From positions 69,480 through 133,479 of the forward strand of contig QJZC01000002.1 in the NCBI GenBank assembly GCA_003247575.1: 64,000 nucleotides of DNA, written 5' to 3'. The notes below the pieces were generated by a model. That model did no database searches. It was not told where the DNA came from and worked only from the letters and a program-made list of their open reading frames with translations. The stretch comes from Pseudomonadota bacterium. GTDB taxonomy: Bacteria > Myxococcota_A > UBA9160 > SZUA-336. This document shows positions 58,678 through 64,000 of the stretch, piece after piece (position 1 is the stretch's first letter; the number at the start of each line of letters is the position of its first letter). The position numbers and the translations under genes were made by a program.

Positions 58678-59829
58678 TTGCGGGAGCCCAGCGGCTCCGA
58701 GGACGGGAGGCAACAGGTGCCGCGCGAATCGATCGGGGCTACAGAGGTATGGCAGGCGGCCGAGGCCCTGCTCGACAGAGGGGAATCCCCGACCATCGAG
58801 CGAGTCCGCAGTCTGCTCGGGCGCGGGAGCAACTCGACGATCGCGCCTCTGCTGCGGCGCTGGAAGGAAGAGCACCACAGCCGAGGCTCGGGGGGAACCG
58901 CCCCGGAGGCGGCACACTCCCCGCCGCCGGGACCGCCACTCGTAGGACTCGAAGGACAGCTCGAAGGCTTCCTCGGCCGGATCGTGCGTGAGCTCCGCTC
59001 GGAAGCCGAACGCGAGATCGCAGGGATCCGCCGGGAAGCCTCCGAGGAGCGAGAGCGATTGCAGAACGAGCTGAACCAATCCCACCAGGACGCACGCGAG
59101 CGCGAGATCGAAATGCAGCACCAGTTGGCCGCGGCCGAGGCTGCTCGTCACGCGCTCGAGAACATCTGTGAGCAACTCGAGCGGCGCCTCGAGACTGTCG
59201 AGCTGGCCTCGGGTGCCCTGTCTCAGCAGCTCTCCGAAGGACTGCGACAGTCTGCAGACACAGCAACCACACGATTGCGGGAGCTCGGAGCGGAGCTCAC
59301 GACCCGCACCACGCACATCGAGGAGTGCCTCGGCGAGACCGAGCGCACACAGAAGGAGCACCTCGAGACCCAGCTGGCTCGCCACGCAGCCGAGTTCGGT
59401 CCGAAGCTCGAAGCCTTGGCAGCAGAGCTCCCGCGAGCACAGGTCCGGCTGGACCAGCTCCGACTCACCCTCGATCAGCAGGCGGAAGCGCGACGCACCC
59501 TCGAGAGTCAGCTGCTCGAAGCACGCACCTCGCTGCGAGCCGCGCAGCGGGAGCTCAAGATCGAACGCGGCGGGCGGGAACAGGTTTCCGCGGAGCTCGG
59601 GCGTATCCGCCGCGAGGCTGCCCGCTCGGCCCACGCATTTGGGCTCGAGCGCGCTGAGCTACAGCGCGAGATCGAGCGCAAGGCTCGGCAGTTGGAAGGC
59701 ACGCGGCGAGCCCACCGCTCTGCGCTCGAGCGCTTGCGGGCCCGCGCAGCCGCCGGCCCGAGGTCGCGCGGGCCGGCTTCCGCCGATGCGACTCGCGGAA
59801 AACCTGCTCAACCAGAAGCGAGCGCGTGA
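58678..59829 (+). CDS. KfrA_N-type DNA-binding protein with a long coiled coil
   Basis: VWQAAEALLDRGESPTIERVRSLLGRGSNSTIAPLLRRWKEEH matches the plasmid KfrA N-terminal DNA-binding domain. The remaining ~300 aa are heptad-like and E/R/L/A/Q-rich. Exact start uncertain. Confidence 0.75.
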   Translation: MREPSGSEDGRQQVPRESIGATEVWQAAEALLDRGESPTIERVRSLLGRGSNSTIAPLLRRWKEEHHSRGSGGTAPEAAHSPPPGPPLVGLEGQLEGFLGRIVRELRSEAEREIAGIRREASEERERLQNELNQSHQDAREREIEMQHQLAAAEAARHALENICEQLERRLETVELASGALSQQLSEGLRQSADTATTRLRELGAELTTRTTHIEECLGETERTQKEHLETQLARHAAEFGPKLEALAAELPRAQVRLDQLRLTLDQQAEARRTLESQLLEARTSLRAAQRELKIERGGREQVSAELGRIRREAARSAHAFGLERAELQREIERKARQLEGTRRAHRSALERLRARAAAGPRSRGPASADATRGKPAQPEASA

Positions 59830-59950
59830 GCGCGTCGGTGTGCAGTCTCGCACCGCGAGGTCTCTCCAACTCGTCGGACCGGGGGTGGGTGCGAGAAGGG
59901 ATCCGAACGCAGATCTGGATCCTCGAAGGCCCTGATGGTAAAAGCGCGCT

Positions 59951-60574
59951 GTGACCATCTACTTCGTACGCCACGGGGAGACGCTCTGGAATCGAATCGG
60001 ACGTTTTCAAGGCCGCGCTGACTCACCGCTCACTCTGCGGGGGATTCACCTCGCGATCGCCTATGGCAACTGGCTGCGGGCAGAGCTAGAGGGGATCGCG
60101 GGCCTCGAGATCCATACGAGCCCACTCGGCAGGGCCGTCCAGACGGCAACCATTCTGGCCGATTGCATCGGTCTGCCCCCCGAGCGGATCCAGCCGGAGC
60201 CGCGCCTGGCCGAAGCCGACGTCGGGAAGCTCACCGGATACACCTGGCCCGAGGTCGAGCAGCAGTTCGGCATCGTGAAGGGTCAGGTGGGAGGGTGGCA
60301 CTTCCGCCCACCGGACGGAGAGAGCGGCAGCGAGCAGTTCGCGCGGGCGGAGTCCTGGCTCGCGGATGCCGTTCGCAAACCCTGTATCGTCGTCAGCCAC
60401 GGCGGCTTCAGCCGCTTCTTTCGGGCCGCCTACCTCCGTCTCGCGCCCGAAGACATCGAGGACCTCGAGTCGCACACACACGGGCGGCTCTTCATGCTCC
60501 GCACCGGTGCCGTGAACGCCGTCACGATCGACCAAGCCGAAGCGCTGGACTCCCCGCTGCTCGCGCGAGAATAG
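59951..60574 (+). CDS. Histidine phosphatase (phosphoglycerate-mutase family) protein
   Basis: MTIYFVRHGETLWN, LTLRG and VVSHGGF. Confidence 0.8.
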   Translation: MTIYFVRHGETLWNRIGRFQGRADSPLTLRGIHLAIAYGNWLRAELEGIAGLEIHTSPLGRAVQTATILADCIGLPPERIQPEPRLAEADVGKLTGYTWPEVEQQFGIVKGQVGGWHFRPPDGESGSEQFARAESWLADAVRKPCIVVSHGGFSRFFRAAYLRLAPEDIEDLESHTHGRLFMLRTGAVNAVTIDQAEALDSPLLARE

Positions 60575-60582
60575 CCGAGGGC

Positions 60583-62208
60583 CTAGGATCCGCGCGCACC
60601 CTGAAGCGAGAATGCGGCTTGCAAGAGCTGCTTGGTGTAGGGCTCCTGCGGGTTCGCGAAGACCTCGGCAGCGCTTCCGCACTCGACCGCGCGTCCACTA
60701 CGCATCACGAGTATGCGATCGGCGAGCGCGCGTACGACACGCAGATCATGGCTGATGAACAGGTATGCAAGACCGTGCTTGCCCTGGAGTGACCGCAACA
60801 ATTCGATCACCTGAGCCTGCACGGTTGGATCGAGCGCAGACGTCGGCTCGTCGAGAATCAGCAGACGTGGGGCCAGCACCAGTGCGCGAGCAATGGCGAT
60901 ACGTTGACGCTGCCCTCCGGAGAACTCGTGCGGATAGCGCTCGAGCGAATCCTCGTCGAGTCCGACCTCGGAGATCGCCCAACGGACACGCTCCGAGCGC
61001 ACGGCTGCTGGGAGCTTCATCAGCCGAAGCCCCTCCTCGACCAGCTGGCGGATCGACATCCGCGGCGACAAGCTGCCGAAGGGATCTTGAAAGACGATCT
61101 GCATGTTCCGTCGGAGCGGTCTGAGCGCGCGCTCACGCTCGCCGTCGAGTCGCCGACCATCGAACTCGATCGATCCGCGACTGGAGATCAGGCGCAGCAG
61201 TGCGAGCGCAAGACTCGTCTTTCCCGAGCCCGACTCCCCCACGATCGCGAGCGTTTCCCCAGCGGCTACCTCGAGCGACACTCCGTCGACGGCGAGTGTG
61301 GCTCGGCGCCGTCGCAGCAAGCCCTTGGTTCGAAACTCGACGCACAGCTCTTGCACGCGTAGCAGAGGATTCTCTGAACCGTCGCTGGTCGCACTGACTC
61401 TGGGCGGTAGCTCCGCGGACACGAGCTCTCGCGTGTAGTCGTGCACGGGAGCCCGCATGAGCTGCTCCGTCCGCGCAGTCTCGAGCAGACGCCCGTCGCG
61501 CAGGATGCATACGCGTCCTGCCATCCGGCGCACGATGCTCAGGTCATGTGAGATCAGAAGTAGAGCGAGGCCGGACTCCTTCTGCAGCTGTTCGAGCAGC
61601 TCGAGGATCTGCGCCTGCACGGTGACATCGAGCGCCGTCGTCGGCTCGTCCGCAATCAGCAGATCGGGCTCGTTCGCGAGCGCCATGGCGATCATGACCC
61701 GTTGACGCTCTCCACCCGAGAGCTCATGGGGATACGCACCGAGTCGCATGCTCCCGAGTGGAAATCCCACTCGATCGAGCAGCTCCACGACACGCTCGCG
61801 CGCCTTGGGGCCGCGCAGGCCCCGATGCAGACGTAGGGTCTCGGCGACTTGTCGCTCGACGGTGTGTAGCGGATTCAGCGACGTCATCGGCTCCTGGAAC
61901 ACCATCGCGATGCGATTGCCACGCGTGCGCTCGAGCTGCGCAGGCGGAGCCCCCACGAGCTCCTCGCCGAGGAACCGGATGGATCCGCGAGGGTGGTGAG
62001 CCAAAGGGTAGGGGAGGAGTTGCAGGATCGAGAGCGCGGTGACGGTCTTCCCCGATCCCGACTCCCCGACCAGAGCGAGCGATTCTCCCCGGTGTAGATC
62101 GAAGTGCACGTCGTGAAGCACCTGGACACCGCCGAATGCGACACACAGGTCTCGAACCTCGAGCAGAGGAGAGTCGAGCAGGGGCGAGTCGCGCGGCGGA
62201 GAGCTCAA
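60583..62208 (-). CDS. yejF: Dual-domain ABC transporter ATP-binding protein (YejF-like)
   Basis: Two ABC cassettes (GESGSGKTV ... [15 protein letters not shown] ... [12 protein letters not shown]; GESGSGKTS ... [15 protein letters not shown] ... [12 protein letters not shown]). The in-frame TTG at 62208 forms a TTGA overlap with the permease stop. The rest of the 941-aa track ORF is a shadow of the permease gene. Confidence 0.85.
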   Translation of the reverse strand: MSSPPRDSPLLDSPLLEVRDLCVAFGGVQVLHDVHFDLHRGESLALVGESGSGKTVTALSILQLLPYPLAHHPRGSIRFLGEELVGAPPAQLERTRGNRIAMVFQEPMTSLNPLHTVERQVAETLRLHRGLRGPKARERVVELLDRVGFPLGSMRLGAYPHELSGGERQRVMIAMALANEPDLLIADEPTTALDVTVQAQILELLEQLQKESGLALLLISHDLSIVRRMAGRVCILRDGRLLETARTEQLMRAPVHDYTRELVSAELPPRVSATSDGSENPLLRVQELCVEFRTKGLLRRRRATLAVDGVSLEVAAGETLAIVGESGSGKTSLALALLRLISSRGSIEFDGRRLDGERERALRPLRRNMQIVFQDPFGSLSPRMSIRQLVEEGLRLMKLPAAVRSERVRWAISEVGLDEDSLERYPHEFSGGQRQRIAIARALVLAPRLLILDEPTSALDPTVQAQVIELLRSLQGKHGLAYLFISHDLRVVRALADRILVMRSGRAVECGSAAEVFANPQEPYTKQLLQAAFSLQGARGS

Positions 62209-63353
62209 GCCACCGTCCTGCGCGGATCGAAGGCGTCGCGTAGTCCTTCGCTCACGAAGATGATCAGCACCAGGAGTACGGAGAGGACGGCGAACGCAGA
62301 TAGACCGATCCACGGCGCCCAGAGATTTCCCTTCCCCTGTTGTAGAACCTCGCCAAGCGAGGCGGATCCGATGGGCAAGCCCAGCCCCAGGAAATCGAGC
62401 GCGGTCAGGGTCGTCACCGAGCCTGCGAGGACGAACGGCAGGAACGTCAAGGTCGCGACCACGGCATTCGGCAGCACATGGCGCCGCATGATCGTGAAGC
62501 TCGGCACGCCGAGCGCGCGCGCCGCGCGTACGTAGTCGAACTGGCGAGCCCGCAAGAACTCCGCTCGCACGACGCCCACCAGTGCGATCCAGGAGAAGAG
62601 CAGCAGCAATCCGAGCAGCGACCCGAGGCCCGGCTCGACGAAGCTGGCGAGAATGATGAGTAGGAACAGCACGGGCATTCCAGCGAAGACCTCGATCCCG
62701 CGCTGGAAGAGCAGGTCGACCCATCCCCCGAAGTATCCCTGGACTCCTCCTGCGGTCACCCCAATCAGCGAGCTTACGAGGGTGAGCACCAAGCCGAACC
62801 CGAGGGACAGCCGAAATCCGTAGAGTAGCCGCGCGAAGATGTCCCGACCCACGTCGTCGGTGCCGAGCCAGTGGCGCCGTGACGGTGGAGATGGCGCGGG
62901 CTCCTCCAGATACAGATCGATCGAGGAGGCGTCGAATCTCACGAGAGGCCAGAGCAGGAAGCCGCCCTTGGCGCGAACCAAATCTTGGACCTCGCGATCC
63001 TGATAGCGCGCCTCGGTCGGAAACTCTCCCCCGAAGCGCGTCTCCGGATAGCTCTTCAGGACCGGAAACATCCATGCGCCGTCGTAGCGCACGACCAGCG
63101 GAACATCGTTGGCGATCAGCTCGGCGCCACCCGAACAGAGGACGAGTCCCACGAGGATCCACAGCGACACGTACGCGCGCCGATTTCGCCGGAAGCGCTG
63201 GAGCCGACGTCGCCCGAGGGAGCTCGAGAGAGCCGGCCCGGCCGACCGCAACCCACCGTGCGGAGAGGGGACTTGCGAGCCAACGGAATCCTTGGCCTCG
63301 GGGGCCTGCTGCCTGTCCCCGCGCGCAGCAGGATCTGGAGCGGCGACGCTCAA
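62205..63353 (-). CDS. yejE: ABC peptide-transporter permease (YejE-like)
   Basis: [59 protein letters not shown] and [27 protein letters not shown]. The N-terminal extension and TTG start are uncertain. Confidence 0.85.
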   Translation of the reverse strand: MSVAAPDPAARGDRQQAPEAKDSVGSQVPSPHGGLRSAGPALSSSLGRRRLQRFRRNRRAYVSLWILVGLVLCSGGAELIANDVPLVVRYDGAWMFPVLKSYPETRFGGEFPTEARYQDREVQDLVRAKGGFLLWPLVRFDASSIDLYLEEPAPSPPSRRHWLGTDDVGRDIFARLLYGFRLSLGFGLVLTLVSSLIGVTAGGVQGYFGGWVDLLFQRGIEVFAGMPVLFLLIILASFVEPGLGSLLGLLLLFSWIALVGVVRAEFLRARQFDYVRAARALGVPSFTIMRRHVLPNAVVATLTFLPFVLAGSVTTLTALDFLGLGLPIGSASLGEVLQQGKGNLWAPWIGLSAFAVLSVLLVLIIFVSEGLRDAFDPRRTVA

Positions 63354-64000
63354 CGCTCGGTCCCCGCGAAGTCGATCCGCGGATCGACGCAGGTGTAGAC
63401 CAGATCACTCACCAGGTTCATCAAGAGGCCCAGCAGGGTAAAGCAGTAGAGGGTCCCGAATACGATCGGGTAGTCGCGGCGCATGACCGCCTCGTATCCG
63501 AGACGCCCAATTCCGTCGAGCGAGAAGATGACCTCGATCAGCAGCGCCCCCGTGAAGAACGCGCCGATGAACGCCTGCGGGAAGCCAGAGATGACCAACA
63601 ACATCGCGTTTCGAAACACGTGGCGATAGAGCACCTGTTTCTCGGTCAGCCCCTTTGCCCGCGCAGTGAGCACGAACTGCTTGCCGATCTCCTCGAGGAA
63701 CGAGTTCTTCGTGAGCAGGGTCAAGGTCGCGAAGCCGCCGAGCACGAGCGAGGAAACGGGCAGCACGAGGTGCCAGAGATAGTCGATCAGCTTGGCTGTG
63801 AGGCTGAGCTCTGCCCAGTCATCCGAGACGAGCCCGCGCATCGGAAACAGCTCGAGGAAGCTCCCGCCGGCAAACAGCACGACGAACAGAATCGCAAAGA
63901 GGAACGTCGGGATCGCGTAGCCCACGAACACGAGCAAGCTGCTCCAGAGGTCGAAGCGGCTCCCGTCGCGAATCGACTTCGCGATGCCGAGCGGAATGGA
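63350..64000 (-). CDS. yejB: ABC peptide-transporter permease (YejB-like), 5' end beyond the window
   Basis: The frame is open to the window edge. Binding-protein-dependent permease blocks are present ([48 protein letters not shown]). Stop overlaps the yejE-like start. Confidence 0.85.
   Translation of the reverse strand, partial: SIPLGIAKSIRDGSRFDLWSSLLVFVGYAIPTFLFAILFVVLFAGGSFLELFPMRGLVSDDWAELSLTAKLIDYLWHLVLPVSSLVLGGFATLTLLTKNSFLEEIGKQFVLTARAKGLTEKQVLYRHVFRNAMLLVISGFPQAFIGAFFTGALLIEVIFSLDGIGRLGYEAVMRRDYPIVFGTLYCFTLLGLLMNLVSDLVYTCVDPRIDFAGTER

Noticed and set aside
58594-59634. 346-aa minus-strand ORF antisense to the kfrA-like gene
   Set aside because: An antisense coiled-coil gene also yields an L/E/R-rich ORF. 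The sense strand has the specific KfrA_N motif and a sensible divergent arrangement with the integrase.
62209-63408. N-terminal 400 aa of the 941-aa ORF 60583-63408
   Set aside because: It is out of frame over the YejE-like permease gene and has an Arg/Gly/Pro-rich composition. ABC ATPase homology begins only after the TTG at 62208.

Overview
This is 64 kb of very GC-rich bacterial chromosome (roughly two-thirds G+C by eye, not computed). The gene content suggests a Myxococcota-like organism (inference): pilQ-aroK-aroB synteny, a Roadblock/LC7 gene, two giant Ser/Thr-kinase/STAND proteins, and many GTG/TTG starts with 4-nt start/stop overlaps. Layout: (1) 1-10.0 kb is a core block: pilQ 3' end, aroK, aroB, a small ORF, a Roadblock/LC7 protein, aroQ, a lipoate-ligase-family gene, a TPR protein with a huge acidic region, and an ExeA-like AAA ATPase with a long Pro/Ala/Glu tail. 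(2) 10.1-20.2 kb is a decayed accessory patch next to tRNA-Gly(CCC). It holds a truncated DUF4157 gene, a vapC/phd-type TA pair, a pseudo-receiver::Phd fusion antitoxin with a truncated zeta-like P-loop toxin, a 3'-truncated kinase-STAND gene, and a frameshifted SpvB/TcB-like FG-GAP toxin remnant abutting it. (3) 20.4-37.4 kb carries a LuxR-type regulator, a membrane protein, a secreted alpha/beta hydrolase, a TonB-dependent receptor, a broken D-aminoacylase-like amidohydrolase, an intact second kinase-STAND paralogue, a beta-barrel-like protein, a winged-helix regulator, an aldo/keto reductase and an AraC regulator. (4) 37.7-50.2 kb is the most unusual locus, a five-gene cluster: two transglutaminase::DUF2126 amidoligase giants, an inverted stand-alone DUF2126 paralogue, a fused circularly permuted ATP-grasp::alpha-E protein, and a small transglutaminase. 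No biochemical function is known to me for this kind of cluster. (5) 50.2-54.9 kb has a divergent acyl-CoA dehydrogenase / APH-like kinase pair, then a cobalamin riboswitch driving cbtB-cbtA and a CobC-like phosphatase. (6) 55.0-59.8 kb has family-B DNA polymerase II next to a tyrosine recombinase and a KfrA-like coiled-coil DNA-binding protein, separated by an AT-rich repeat-bearing intergenic region. (7) 59.9-64.0 kb has a histidine phosphatase and a yejB-yejE-yejF-like peptide ABC importer. I saw no rRNA, CRISPR array, transposase or reverse transcriptase. Most other long ORFs in the track are Arg/Pro/Ala-rich shadow frames of these genes.
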